From positions 4,427-68,426 of the forward strand of contig CAVOFX010000002.1 in assembly GCA_963695115.1 (NCBI GenBank): a stretch of DNA of 64,000 bases, given 5' to 3'. This document shows positions 9,842-19,800 of this stretch, piece after piece. The notes under the pieces were generated by a model, which saw only the letters and a program-made list of their open reading frames with translations, searched no databases and was not told the DNA's origin. Positions within the stretch are counted from its first letter, which is position 1; every line of letters begins with the position of its first letter. Made by a program: the position numbers and the translations under genes. The stretch comes from an uncultured Microthrixaceae bacterium. Lineage in GTDB: Bacteria; Actinomycetota; Acidimicrobiia; Acidimicrobiales; CAVOFX01.

Positions 9842-10552
9842 GTGTCGAGGCTCCGCTCGGGTGTGCTGTACGGGTTCGTGGTCTGGAACCTCTCGATCTG
9901 GTCGGTCCGCATCCGCAACGTCTGGACGGACCTGCTGCCCACGACCCTCGAGCGGGTCTGGGTCAGCCTCTTCGCGTTGACCCACATCGCCGCGGCGCTG
10001 ATCGTGCTGGACCTGGCGCTGAGCCGCCGCCGGCGCCCGACCTCGCGGACCGACGTGTTCCTCGCTGGAGGGGTGGCGGGTTGGACCGTGGCCTCGTGGA
10101 TCGTGCGGTCGGCGGCCATCGTCGCCGGGGGGCACGAGGCCGGCTTCGTCGCCGTGCACCTGGTGCTCGCGGCGGTGTCGATCGCGCTCGGCCTCGGCGT
10201 GTGGTGGGCGGTGCGTGCGAAGTACGCTCCCGAGGCCATGGGCCAGCCGATCTCCGTCATCCAGAAGCCGTCTTCCCGACCGGGGGTGCTGCGCTTCGAG
10301 ACCAACCGCAGCCTCACCGGGATGGGCAAGGAGATGTACGCGTCGATCGACGACATCCAGCGCGACAGGCCGCCCGACCGCCTGGCGCGCCGGCTCTTCG
10401 AGAGCGGCGGGGTGAACCACGTCTCGGTCGCAGGCGGGACCATCACCGTCGAGGTGACCGATCCGGGGAGGGCCGACGAGATCCGCGGGATCATCGAGGA
10501 CCTGTACCTCTTCTACCAGCCGGGTGACGAACCCCAGGTGGTGGCCGAGTAG
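9842..10552 (+). CDS. membrane protein (about 4 TM segments) with C-terminal Nfu_N/NifU-N-like domain
   Basis: This is the in-frame tail of ORF 9119..10552. Hydrophobic segments (LYGFVVWNLSIW, WVSLFALTHIAAALIVL, VFLAGGVAGWTVASWIV, FVAVHLVLAAVSIALGLGVWW) are followed by VLRFETNRSLTG...VSVAGGTITVEV. The GTG start at 9842 is my choice and the domain call is tentative. Confidence 0.55.
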   Translation: MSRLRSGVLYGFVVWNLSIWSVRIRNVWTDLLPTTLERVWVSLFALTHIAAALIVLDLALSRRRRPTSRTDVFLAGGVAGWTVASWIVRSAAIVAGGHEAGFVAVHLVLAAVSIALGLGVWWAVRAKYAPEAMGQPISVIQKPSSRPGVLRFETNRSLTGMGKEMYASIDDIQRDRPPDRLARRLFESGGVNHVSVAGGTITVEVTDPGRADEIRGIIEDLYLFYQPGDEPQVVAE

Positions 10553-10582
10553 CCCCGGGCCGCTGACTGCGCCGCTGGGGTC

Positions 10583-11296
10583 TCAGGCCGGGAGCGGGCC
10601 GACCACGTAGCGGCTGGTGGGGATCACCTCGATCCGCGCGAGGTCGACGAAGCGCTGCACGCTCTCGAACATCACCCGCTGGTGCTCCGCGAGGCGCTCG
10701 TCGTCGCCCCGGGCATCGAAGAAGGCGTGGGAGTCGGTCATGGCGTCCGCGGGGAAGCCCTCCTCGACGATCGCGTCCCACGGGGTCGCCCCCGGAGTGA
10801 GCACCCGTGTGACCACGTTCTGCACGTATAGGAAGGTGTCCTGCGTGTCGATCGCGATCTGGGTGTGGCTGTTCAACCAGATGTCGAGCCACGCGTCGAC
10901 GGCGAGGTCTTCGGGCCGCCGGAGGAACGCCACCTGGCTGAACCCGTGGGTCCGCTCGCCCGGGACGGCCGGCGGGTCGGGCACGAGGGGCACCGACTCG
11001 GTGACCAGGTACGCGGCGAGGGTTGCTGCCTCCTCGGCCAGGGCCCGGTCGACCGGTGCCCGGAACCGGTCGTTCGCGCTGTCGACCCAGACCGAGACCA
11101 GGGCATCGGCAGGAGCCGGAGAGGTGACGATGCGCAGCCCGTCGGCGGGGGCGGCCGCTTCGTCGACCACGTTGAGCTGGATGCCCCTGGCTCCGAGGTC
11201 GGCGAGCCGATCGACGGTCCGGCCCCGGAGCCGCTCCGCCAGCTCGGCCGCGCCCGCTCCGGGCTCGGCGGTGAGCGAGTAGACGACCTTCTCCAT
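10583..11296 (-). CDS. conserved hypothetical protein (possibly EthD-like alpha/beta barrel)
   Basis: This is the ATG-initiated 237-aa tail of ORF 10583..11641: MEKVVYSLTAEPGAG...WLDIWLNSHTQIAIDTQDTFLYVQNVV... The upstream part of the track ORF looks non-coding. Confidence 0.6.
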   Translation of the reverse strand: MEKVVYSLTAEPGAGAAELAERLRGRTVDRLADLGARGIQLNVVDEAAAPADGLRIVTSPAPADALVSVWVDSANDRFRAPVDRALAEEAATLAAYLVTESVPLVPDPPAVPGERTHGFSQVAFLRRPEDLAVDAWLDIWLNSHTQIAIDTQDTFLYVQNVVTRVLTPGATPWDAIVEEGFPADAMTDSHAFFDARGDDERLAEHQRVMFESVQRFVDLARIEVIPTSRYVVGPLPA

Positions 11297-11404
11297 GGAG
11301 AGAAGATAGGCACCCGGAGCAGCGGAGCGGGCACCGGTCCGGGCGGCCCGCGATCGGCTCGCAGGTCGGCATACTGTCGGGCGACGACGACTGGAGGGGA
11401 CGAG

Positions 11405-12170
11405 ATGGCTCGGTTCAAGGTCGGAGTGCAGCTGCTGCCCCAGCACACCTCGGTCCAGGCGCTGCGAGATGCGGCACGAGCGGCCGACGAGATGGGGGTC
11501 GACAGCATCTGGACGTGGGACCACTTCTACCCCCTGTTCGGTCCCGAGGACGGCAACCACTTTGAGGCCTGGACGCTGCTCAGCGCGTTCCGCGGCCGAC
11601 ACGAGCCGGGCGATGCTCGGCATCCTGGTGAGCGGCAACACCTACCGGAACCCCGAGCTGCTGGCCGACATGGCCCGCACCGTCGACCACATCTCGGGTG
11701 GACGGGCGTACCTCGGCATCGGCGCCGGCTGGTTCGAGCGCGACTACGACGAGTACGGCTTCGAGTTCGGCACGGCCGGTGGTCGGCTGCGGGCGCTCGA
11801 GGCGAGCCTCGAGCGGATCCGGGCCCGCGTCCCCGAGCTCTCGCCGCCTCCCGTGGGTCGGCTGCCGGTGATGGTGGGCGGAGCGGGGGAGAAGGTGACC
11901 CTGCGGCTGGTGGCAAGCCACGCGGACGCCTGGAACACCTTCGGACCGCCCGAGAGCTGGGCCGCCAAGAACCGGGTGCTCGACGAGTGGTGCGGCAAGG
12001 TCGGCCGGGACCCCGCGGAGATCGAGCGCACGGTGCTGCTGAACGTCCCCGACGAGCTCGACGACGTGGACGCCTACGTGGAGGCCGGCTGCGACCACGT
12101 CCTCGTGGGCGCGGGGGACCCGTTCGATCTCTCGCACGTCCAGCTGGCCCTCGACCTGGCTCGGGGGTAG
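11405..12170 (+). pseudogene. LLM-class F420-dependent oxidoreductase, apparent +1 frameshift near 11590
   Basis: MARFKVGVQLLPQHTS...MGVDSIWTWDHFYPLFG...EAWTLLSAF is in one frame. ADTSRAMLGILVSGNTYRNPELLADMARTVDHISGGRAYLGIGAGWFERDYDEYGF... continues in the ORF 11469..12170 frame. Confidence 0.8.
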
Positions 12171-12198
12171 CCGCCCAGCCCCGTCGGGGTTGCGTAGA

Positions 12199-12214
12199 GC
12201 GAACAGGTGTTCGA
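12199..12214 (+). promoter_or_regulatory. LexA (SOS) box upstream of imuA'
   Basis: GCGAACAGGTGTTCGA matches the actinobacterial SOS-box consensus TCGAAC-N4-GTTCGA. It lies 12 nt upstream of the imuA' ATG. Its 15-nt core CGAACAGGTGTTCGA is identical to the box at 16798-16813. Confidence 0.8.
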
Positions 12215-12225
12215 TACTGGCCGGG

Positions 12226-13110
12226 ATGGCTCTGGCCGAACGTCTCGCCCACCATCCGAACCCGTGGGCCGCCCCGCCGTCCGAGCTGGACCACCTGGCC
12301 TGGCGGGTCCGGCCGGTGGTCACCGCCGATCAGCAGGTCCTCCCCGTGCTGCCCCCGCTCGAGGACCTCGTACCCGGCGGCCTGCTCCGGGGCCTGGTCG
12401 TCTCCGTCGGCGGGTTGGCCGCCACCTCCCTGGCCTTGGCGGTGGCTGCAGGCCCGTCCCGGTCCGGTTCGTGGGTGGCGTCGGTGGGGATCCCCACGCT
12501 GGGCCTGGCGGCGGCCGCGGAGATCGGGGTCGACCTCTCCCGGCTGGCGGTGGTGCGCCAGCCCCCATCGGCGCAGTGGGCTCCGGTGGTGGCCGCTCTC
12601 ATCGGGGCCTTCGACCTGGTGCTGCTCCGGCCTCCGCGACGGGTGGGCCGCAGCGAGGCACGGCGCCTGGCGGCTCGGGCACGCGAGAGGGGGACGACCC
12701 TGCTGATGGCGGGCGGCAGGGAAGCGGCCTGGCCGGAGAGCCCTGACCTGGGCATGACGGTGACCGGGGTCGAGTGGCAGGGGTTGGGCCGGGGCCACGG
12801 CCACCTCAGCGCCCGCCGGGTCCGTGTCGCGTCCGAGGGCAGGGGTCGGGCCGGGCGTCCCCGCGAGGCCGAGCTGTGGCTTTCCGACGCCGACGGGCGG
12901 GTGGCTCCGGTGAGCCGGTCCGTGGTCGTCCCGTTCGACCTGTCGCAGCGCGCCGAGCCGTCGCATCGCGCCGAGCCGTCGCATCGCGCCGAGCCGTCGC
13001 ATCGCGCCGAGCCGTCGCATCGCGCCGAGCCGTCGCATCGCGCCGAGCCGTCGCATCGCGCCGAGCCGTCGCAGCGCGCCGAGCCGTCGCATCGCACCGA
13101 GTCCACATGA
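12226..13110 (+). CDS. imuA: ImuA' (actinobacterial ImuA-like mutasome accessory protein) with C-terminal (RAEPSH)8 repeat
   Basis: ...QQVLPVLPPLEDLVPGGLLRGLVVSVGG...SGSWVASVGIPTLGLAAAAEIGVDLSRLAVVRQPP..WAPVVAALIGAFDLVLLRPP is the typical ImuA' core. The SOS box lies upstream. The stop overlaps the imuB ATG (ATGA at 13107-13110). I prefer the ATG at 12226 over the track's start at 12190, which lies upstream of the LexA box and would put the box inside the coding sequence. Confidence 0.8.
   Translation: MALAERLAHHPNPWAAPPSELDHLAWRVRPVVTADQQVLPVLPPLEDLVPGGLLRGLVVSVGGLAATSLALAVAAGPSRSGSWVASVGIPTLGLAAAAEIGVDLSRLAVVRQPPSAQWAPVVAALIGAFDLVLLRPPRRVGRSEARRLAARARERGTTLLMAGGREAAWPESPDLGMTVTGVEWQGLGRGHGHLSARRVRVASEGRGRAGRPREAELWLSDADGRVAPVSRSVVVPFDLSQRAEPSHRAEPSHRAEPSHRAEPSHRAEPSHRAEPSHRAEPSQRAEPSHRTEST
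12949..13092 (+). repeat. 18-bp tandem repeat x8 (cgcgccgagccgtcgcat), in frame in imuA'
   Basis: Units fall at 12949, 12967, 12985, 13003, 13021, 13039, 13057 and 13075. Seven are identical and unit 7 ends cag instead of cat. A diverged ninth unit (13093-13110) carries the imuA' stop and the imuB start. Confidence 0.95.
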
Positions 13111-14750
13111 GCAGCGTCGCCGAGGCCCCGACCCGCATGGCGGTCGTGTGGTGCGGGGACTGGCCGGTCGTGGCCCTCGGAGCCCCTCTCGACCGCCCGG
13201 CGGCGGTCGTCCACGCCAACCGGGTGGTGGCCTGCACCCCGGCCGCTCGCACAGAGGGGGTGGCGGTGGGGCTCCGGCGGCGCGAAGCGCAGAGCCGCTG
13301 CCCCGGGATGGCCGTGCACGAGCGCGACCTGCTCGCCGAGGCCCGGGCCTTCGAGCCGGTGGCGGAGGTCGTCGAGCAGTTCACCCCCCGCTTCGAGATG
13401 ACCGTCCCCGGTTCGTGCTCTCTCCACACCAGGGGACCGTCCCGATACTTCGGTGGTGACCAGGCCCTGGCGGGTCGCATGGCCGAGAGGATCGGAGAGG
13501 TGCTGGCGGGCCGCGGCTGGTTCCGGATCGGGGTGGCCGACGGGTTCTTCGCCGCCCGCTCGGCGGCCCGGATGGCCGCTTCGGCCCCCTGCGTCATCCC
13601 GCCCGGGGAGAGCCCGGGGTTCCTGGCCCCGCTCCCGATCGGCACCCTCGAACGCCCGGGGCTCACCGACGTGATCTCCCGGTTGGGCCTGCGCACCCTC
13701 GGCGATCTGGCAGGGCTGCCCCGAGGCGACGTGATCGGGCGTTTCGGGCGCGAGGGGGAGGAGGCCCACCGTCTGGCCTCCGGCCTCGACCCGCGCCCAC
13801 CCGCCGTGGGCCCGCCGCTCGCCTCGCTCGAGGTGGCCACCGAGATCGACCCCCCGACCGAGCGGGTCGACCAGGTCGCCTTCGTCGGGAAGTCGTTGGC
13901 CGACGAGCTGCACGCCGAGCTGGGGAGGAGGGGCCTGGCCTGCATCCGGGTGCTCATCGAGGCCGAGACCGAGCACGGCGAGTGCCACCGTCGGTGGTGG
14001 AGGCACGAAGGGGCGCTCTCCTCGCCGGCGCTCGCCGACCGGGTGCGCTGGCAGCTCGAGGGTTGGTTGAACGGCCCCACCCGCCACCGCCCGACCGCCG
14101 GCGTCATCCGGCTGGCCCTCGTGCCCGACGAGGTCGTAGCGGCCACCGGACGCCAGCTCGGCTTCTGGGGGGGCGAGACCGAGGCGGCCGAGCGGGTCAC
14201 CCGTGCCCTGGCCAGGGTGGAGGGGTTGCTGGAGGCGGCGGCGGTCACCGTGCCGGAGTGGAGGGGAGGGCGGGGTCCGGCCGAGCAGGTGGATCTGGTT
14301 CCCGCCGGAACCGTCGATCTCACCGCCGACCGCACGGTCGAACGGGGAGGATCGCCTCCCATCTCTGCTTCCGCCGCCCGGGCGGTGCCTGCTCGAACCC
14401 CGCCTGCGACCGGGGGTGGGTCGGCTCCCTGGCCTGGGGTCCTGCCGGCCCCCGCTCCCGCGCTCGTGCACCCCGAACCGGTGCCGGTCGCTCTCGTGGA
14501 CGCGCGCGGCGAGCCGGTCGGGGTGAGCGGCCGGCTCGTGCTCAGCGCCCCACCTGCCCGCTTGGCGGTACGCGACGGACCGGTCGTGCCGATCGAGGCG
14601 TGGGCCGGTCCCTGGCCCGCCGACGAGAGGTGGTGGGACCCGGAGCGCCGTAGGCGTCGCGCCCGCTTCCAGGTGATCACAACCGAGGGCGCTGCCCACC
14701 TGCTCACCCTCGAAGGCGGCCGTTGGTGGCTCGAGGCCACCTATGACTGA
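13107..14750 (+). CDS. imuB: ImuB (Y-family polymerase-like mutasome subunit)
   Basis: MSSVAEAPTRMAVVWCGDWPVVA...VVACTPAARTEGVAVGLRRREAQSRCP...FEPVAEVVEQFTPRFE...FLAPLPIGTL...LGLRTLGDLAGLP. It is translationally coupled to imuA'. Confidence 0.9.
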   Translation: MSSVAEAPTRMAVVWCGDWPVVALGAPLDRPAAVVHANRVVACTPAARTEGVAVGLRRREAQSRCPGMAVHERDLLAEARAFEPVAEVVEQFTPRFEMTVPGSCSLHTRGPSRYFGGDQALAGRMAERIGEVLAGRGWFRIGVADGFFAARSAARMAASAPCVIPPGESPGFLAPLPIGTLERPGLTDVISRLGLRTLGDLAGLPRGDVIGRFGREGEEAHRLASGLDPRPPAVGPPLASLEVATEIDPPTERVDQVAFVGKSLADELHAELGRRGLACIRVLIEAETEHGECHRRWWRHEGALSSPALADRVRWQLEGWLNGPTRHRPTAGVIRLALVPDEVVAATGRQLGFWGGETEAAERVTRALARVEGLLEAAAVTVPEWRGGRGPAEQVDLVPAGTVDLTADRTVERGGSPPISASAARAVPARTPPATGGGSAPWPGVLPAPAPALVHPEPVPVALVDARGEPVGVSGRLVLSAPPARLAVRDGPVVPIEAWAGPWPADERWWDPERRRRRARFQVITTEGAAHLLTLEGGRWWLEATYD

Positions 14751-14921
14751 TCGGATGCACCCCGGCCCGAACGGTGTTCGGTCGTCCCACGGCGGTGATG
14801 CGGTCCCGGATGACGGGCGTCACATGCCAGATCTGCCTACGCTGGTATGTCTGGTCCCACGGAAGGCTGATGCGGTCCCGGCTCATCGCAGACGGTGGGC
14901 TGCCGACAGGAGGAGCTGAGG

Positions 14922-16688
14922 ATGGCGGGAAAGGAGTCCAGCATGGCAGGGTCGAGACCCGGAGCGACGCGGTCGCGGAGGATGTGGGCAGTAGGAGCTG
15001 TGGCGGTGCTGGCGCTCCTCACAGCAGGGGCATCCAGCTGCGGTGACGACGAGGGCGGGGGTGGCGGGTCGGAGCAGACCACCGTCACCGAGAAGCCCGT
15101 GGCCGGCGGCAAGGTCGTGATGGGCATCGCGGGGGAGACCCCCACCGGCTTCAACCCGACCAGCAGCCAGTTCAGCCCCTCCAGCAACAACGTCAACAAG
15201 GCCATCTACGACCCGATCGCCGTGCTCGACCCGGACGGCATCGCTCAGCCGTACCTGGTCGAGAACTTCGAGCCCAACGAGGACTTCACCGAGTGGGTCT
15301 TCACCCTGCGGGAGGGCGTCACCTTCCACAACGGCGATCCCCTCGACGCCGAGGTCTTCGCGACCTTCTTGAAGGCGGTGCAGGAGGGTCTGCTCACCTC
15401 GATCGCGCTCCGTCCCATGGACGCGGTGCTGAACCTGGCCGAGGGCCAGGAGGCCGCCAGGCCCATGGTCGAGAGCGGCGACATGAGTCAGGAGGATTGG
15501 GAGCTCATGAGCCGCCAGGTCGCGGTCACCACCTCGATCCCGTGGGCAACCCTGCCGGCGTTCTTCAGCACCCAGCCCGGCTTCGTCGCCCACCCCGACT
15601 ACACGGGCACGGTCGACAGCGAGCCCACGGCGGAGGAGCCGATCGGGACCGGCCCGTTCGTCTTCGACGACTGGGTGCTCGACGACCACCTCACCGCGGT
15701 ACGCAACCCCGACTACTGGCGCACCGACGCCGACGGGAACCAGCTCCCGTACCTCGACGAGGTCGAGTTCAGGCCCCTGCCCGACGACCAGACCCGGCTG
15801 GCCTCCCTCGACACGGGCGACATCGACATGATGCACACGAACTCCGCGGAGCTGCAGATGCAGGCGGGCGCGGACGGATCAGGTGTGTCAGAAGGTCAGT
15901 ACGTGGTCTTCGACGGCGGTGCCGGCGACGAGATGACCGTGATCCTGAACACAGCCGAGGAACCGCTCTCGGATGTCGAGGTCAGGAGAGCGCTCGCCCT
16001 GGCGACGGACAAGCAGCTCATAGTGGACGGTCTGTACGACGGGTTCTTCGAGGTCGCGAACGCGCCTTACGTGCCGGACGACTTCTGGTACACGGACCCC
16101 GAGTGGCCGGAGCCGGACCCTGATGCAGCGAGTCAGATGGTCGAGGAGTGGGAGGCCGAGAACGGCGACCTGGTGATCGACCTCACCATCATCTCCATCC
16201 CCGAGAACCAGCGACTGGCCCAGACGCTGGAGGAGCAGTGGTCCGCTGTGGGGATCGACGTGAACATCAAGGCGATCGACGAGGGCTCGGTCGCAGCGTC
16301 CTTGCTCGAGGGCGACTACGACGGGATCATGGTGGCGTTCTTCCCGTACTCGGACCCGGACGAGCACTACCACTTCTGGGATCCGGAGAACATCGGTGAC
16401 ACCGGGGTCCTCAGCGTGAACTTCTCCCGCTACACCAGCGAGATCACGAAGGAGAACCTCCAGGCAGCTCGCGGGATCGACGACCGCGAGGAGCGCAAGG
16501 CGCTCTACGCCGACGTCTGGAAGGACTGGGCGGAGAACGTCCCTTACCTCTTCCTGTACCACCAGAAGTGGATCGTGATCGCCCGGGACAACGTGCATGG
16601 CATCGAGTCGGTCACGTTCCCCGACGGGAGCCCGGCTTCACCGATGTCGTGGGGCTCGATCTTCCTCACACAGGCCTGGGTGACCTGA
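14922..16688 (+). CDS. ABC transporter substrate-binding lipoprotein, family 5 (peptide/nickel type), orphan
   Basis: An AGGAGG-like RBS precedes the ATG at 14922. The signal/lipobox is [14 protein letters not shown]. Family-5 motifs are present: KVVMGIAGE...[31 protein letters not shown]...[27 protein letters not shown]. There is no permease or ATPase gene adjacent. Confidence 0.85.
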   Translation: MAGKESSMAGSRPGATRSRRMWAVGAVAVLALLTAGASSCGDDEGGGGGSEQTTVTEKPVAGGKVVMGIAGETPTGFNPTSSQFSPSSNNVNKAIYDPIAVLDPDGIAQPYLVENFEPNEDFTEWVFTLREGVTFHNGDPLDAEVFATFLKAVQEGLLTSIALRPMDAVLNLAEGQEAARPMVESGDMSQEDWELMSRQVAVTTSIPWATLPAFFSTQPGFVAHPDYTGTVDSEPTAEEPIGTGPFVFDDWVLDDHLTAVRNPDYWRTDADGNQLPYLDEVEFRPLPDDQTRLASLDTGDIDMMHTNSAELQMQAGADGSGVSEGQYVVFDGGAGDEMTVILNTAEEPLSDVEVRRALALATDKQLIVDGLYDGFFEVANAPYVPDDFWYTDPEWPEPDPDAASQMVEEWEAENGDLVIDLTIISIPENQRLAQTLEEQWSAVGIDVNIKAIDEGSVAASLLEGDYDGIMVAFFPYSDPDEHYHFWDPENIGDTGVLSVNFSRYTSEITKENLQAARGIDDREERKALYADVWKDWAENVPYLFLYHQKWIVIARDNVHGIESVTFPDGSPASPMSWGSIFLTQAWVT

Positions 16689-16705
16689 TCGAGCAGCAGC
16701 ACTGG

Positions 16706-16744
16706 GAGAGGCCCCCCGCTCCGGCGGGGGGCCTCTCTTCTTTT
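16706..16744 (+). terminator. rho-independent terminator after the SBP gene
   Basis: A 13-bp perfect stem GAGAGGCCCCCCG (16706-16718) pairs with CGGGGGGCCTCTC (16725-16737). The loop is 6 nt and is followed by TTCTTTT. Confidence 0.85.
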
Positions 16745-16797
16745 CCCGGGGAGGGTTCCTCCCGTTCCCGGGTCGGGCACCGGTGCTCCCTGGACCG

Positions 16798-16813
16798 ACG
16801 AACAGGTGTTCGA
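16798..16813 (+). promoter_or_regulatory. LexA (SOS) box upstream of dnaE2
   Basis: ACGAACAGGTGTTCGA lies 15 nt upstream of the dnaE2 ATG. Its core CGAACAGGTGTTCGATAC is identical over 18 nt to the imuA' box region. Confidence 0.8.
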
Positions 16814-16827
16814 TACCCTGCGTCCCC

Positions 16828-19800
16828 ATGGGCTGGCGCAACCCCCCGATCCCCTGGTCCGAGCTGGAGCACCGGCTCTCCGACCGGGGCGTCCTCCCGG
16901 GCGGTCTGCCCGGCGAGGGTGGTGACTCACCGGCCTGGTCCCGTCGCCGTGCCCCCTACCAGCCTCCGGAGGGGATGGAGCATCCCCGATCCGATCAGGG
17001 CCCGGGGTACGCCGAGCTGCACTGCCACTCCAACTTCAGCTTCCTCGACGGCGCCTCCCACCCCGAGGAGCTGGCCGAGGAGGCGGCCCGGCTCGGGCTC
17101 CGGGCGCTGGCCCTCACCGATCACGACGGCCTGTACGGCGTGGTGCGCTTCGCCGAGGCCGCCGCGGCGTCTGGGTCTGCCCACGGTGTTCGGGGCCGAG
17201 CTCACCCTGGGCCGCACGCGGTCCCAGGCCGGGGTCGCCGACCCGGATGGCGATCACCTGCTGGTGCTGGCCCGGGATCCCGAGGGCTACGCCCGGCTGA
17301 GCCGGGCCATCAGCGAGGCTCAGCTCCGGGGAGGCAAGGGGGCACCCCGGTGCTCTCTGGGCGATCTGGCGGAGCTGGCTTCGCGCGACGGCGAAGCCGG
17401 CCACTGGGTGGTGCTCACCGGGTGCCGCAAGGGCACGGTGCCCCGAACCCTGCTCGAAGCCGGGCCGGCCGCGGCGGGTCGCGAGCTGCACCGCCTGATC
17501 GACGCCTTCGGCCGCGGGAGCGTGGTCGTCGAGCTCTGGGATCACGGCGAGCCGCTCGACTCGGCCCGCAACGACGCCCTGGGCGAGCTGGCGGTGAGGG
17601 CCGGGGTCGAGGTGGTGGCGACCAACGACGTCCACTACGCCACCCCTGGCCGCCGGCGCCTGGCCACCGCGCTGGCGGCGGTGAGGGCCCGTCGCTCCCT
17701 CGACGAGATGGACGGGTGGCTGCCCGCGGCGGGTGGGGCTCACCTGAGGTCGGGGGCCGAGCAGGCGGCACGCTTCGCCCGCTACCCCGGCGTGGTCGAG
17801 CGGGCAGCCGAGCTGGCCCTGGAGTGCGCGTTCGACCTCCAGCTGGTGGCTCCCGAGCTGCCGCCGTTCCCCTGCCCGCCGGGTCACCACGAGATGTCGT
17901 GGCTGCGGGAGCTGACCGAACGCGGAGCGCGGACACGGTACGGCCCGCGGGGAGCCGAGAAGGTGCCGGGCGCGTACGCGCAGATCGACCACGAGCTCCG
18001 GATCATCGAGCAGCTCGGGTTCCCCGGCTACTTCCTCATCGTCTGGGACATCGTCGAGTTCTGTCGCCACAACGACATCTACTGCCAGGGACGGGGGTCG
18101 GCCGCCAACTCGGCGGTCTGCTACGCCCTCGGCATCACGAACGCCGACGCGGTGGGTCTCGGGCTGCTCTTCGAGCGCTTCCTCTCACCCGAGCGCGACG
18201 GCCCACCCGACATCGACCTCGACATCGAGAGCGGTCGTCGTGAGGAGGTCATCCAGCACGTGTACGAGAAGCACGGCCGCCACAACGCTGCGCAGGTGTG
18301 CAACGTCGTCACCTACCGCGCCCGCTCGGCGGTGCGTGACATGGCCAAGGCCCTCGGGTACTCGACCGGCCAGCAGGACGCCTTCGCGAAGCAGGTCGAC
18401 CGCTGGGGGCCGCTGAGCGAGGTGGGTGAGGTCCCTCCCGACGTGTTGGAGCTGGCCACCCAGCTCGAGCACGCGCCGCGCCACCTCGGCATCCACTCGG
18501 GCGGCATGGTGCTCTGCGACCGGCCGGTGATAGAGGTCTGCCCCGTCGAGTGGGCCTCGATGGAGGACCGCAGCGTCCTGCAGTGGGACAAGGACGACTG
18601 CGCCGCCGTCGGCCTGGTGAAGTTCGACCTGCTCGGGTTGGGGATGCTCAGCGCTCTGCACGGCGCCGTGGACCTCATCCGCGCCCACCACGGCGTCGAG
18701 GTCGACCTTGCCACCCTCCCCCAGGAGGACAGCGTGTACGACATGCTCTGCGCCGCCGACTCCATCGGGGTGTTCCAGGTGGAGAGCAGGGCCCAGATGG
18801 CCACGCTCCCTCGCCTCAGGCCCCGGTGCTTCTACGACCTGGTCGTGGAGGTGGCGCTCATCCGCCCCGGTCCCATCCAGGGCGGGTCGGTCCACCCCTA
18901 CATACGCCGTCGCAACGGCCAGGAACCGGTCACCTACCTCCACCCCCTGCTCGAGCCGTCGCTCGCCAAGACGCTCGGCGTGCCGCTCTTCCAGGAGCAG
19001 CTCATGCAGATGGCGATCGACGTCGCCGGCTTCACCGCCGGCGAGGCCGACCAGCTCCGCCAGGCGATGGGGGCGAAGCGCAGCCGCGACCGCATGGAGA
19101 GCCTGAGAGCGCGGTTCTACGACGGCATGGCCGAGAGGGGGATCATCGGCGAGGTGGCCGACGTCATCTGGGAGAAGCTGGCGGCGTTCGCCAACTTCGG
19201 GTTCCCCGAGAGCCACTCGGTCTCGTTCGCCTACCTCGTGTACTCCTCGGCCTGGATCAAGCTCCACCATCCGGCGGCGTTCTGCGCGGCCCTGCTCAAC
19301 GCCCAGCCGATGGGGTTCTACTCGCCCCACACCCTCACCCAGGACGCGTGGCGCCACGGTGTAGAGGTGCGCACCCCCGACCTGAACCGATCCGGGGCGG
19401 CCGCGACCCTGGAGTGGGACGGTGTGGACAGGGATGGCGTGAACGGTGACGGGGCAGGCTCCCCTCAGCCAGCGGTGAGGTTGGGGCTCTCCTCGGTGCG
19501 CACGGTGGGCACCGACCTGGCAGAGCGCATCGAGGCCGAGCGGGCGAGGAGCGGTCCGTACGTCTCCATGGAGGACCTGAAGCGGCGGGTCGAGGTGAAG
19601 CTCGACACCCTCGAGGCTCTGGCCACCGCCGGGGCGTTCGGGTGCTTCGACGCCGCCCCGGGCGAGTCGCTGAGCAGGAGGGAGGCGCTCTGGGGGGCGG
19701 GGGCGGTGGCCCAGGCCGGAGCCGATCGGCTGGCCGGCATCGTCACCGGCACGGTCGCACCTGCACTGCCGCAGATGAGACCCGAGGAGGTGGCCCGCGC

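Noticed and set aside
11527-14740. Minus-strand ORFs 11527..13092 (MRRLGAMRRLGAM... repeats), 12330..14699 and 12806..14740, opposite imuA'/imuB.
   Set aside because: The MRRLGA and ARCDGS periodicity is simply the antisense translation of the 18-bp imuA' repeat. The remainder is Arg/Pro-rich. The sense strand encodes clear ImuA'/ImuB homologs preceded by a LexA box.
16828-17200. Programmed ribosomal frameshifting as the explanation for the dnaE2 frame break, and for the other breaks.
   Set aside because: There is no slippery heptamer or downstream structure common to the sites. Breaks occur in about a dozen unrelated genes, on both strands, often at G/C homopolymers. Indel error or pseudogenisation is far more parsimonious.
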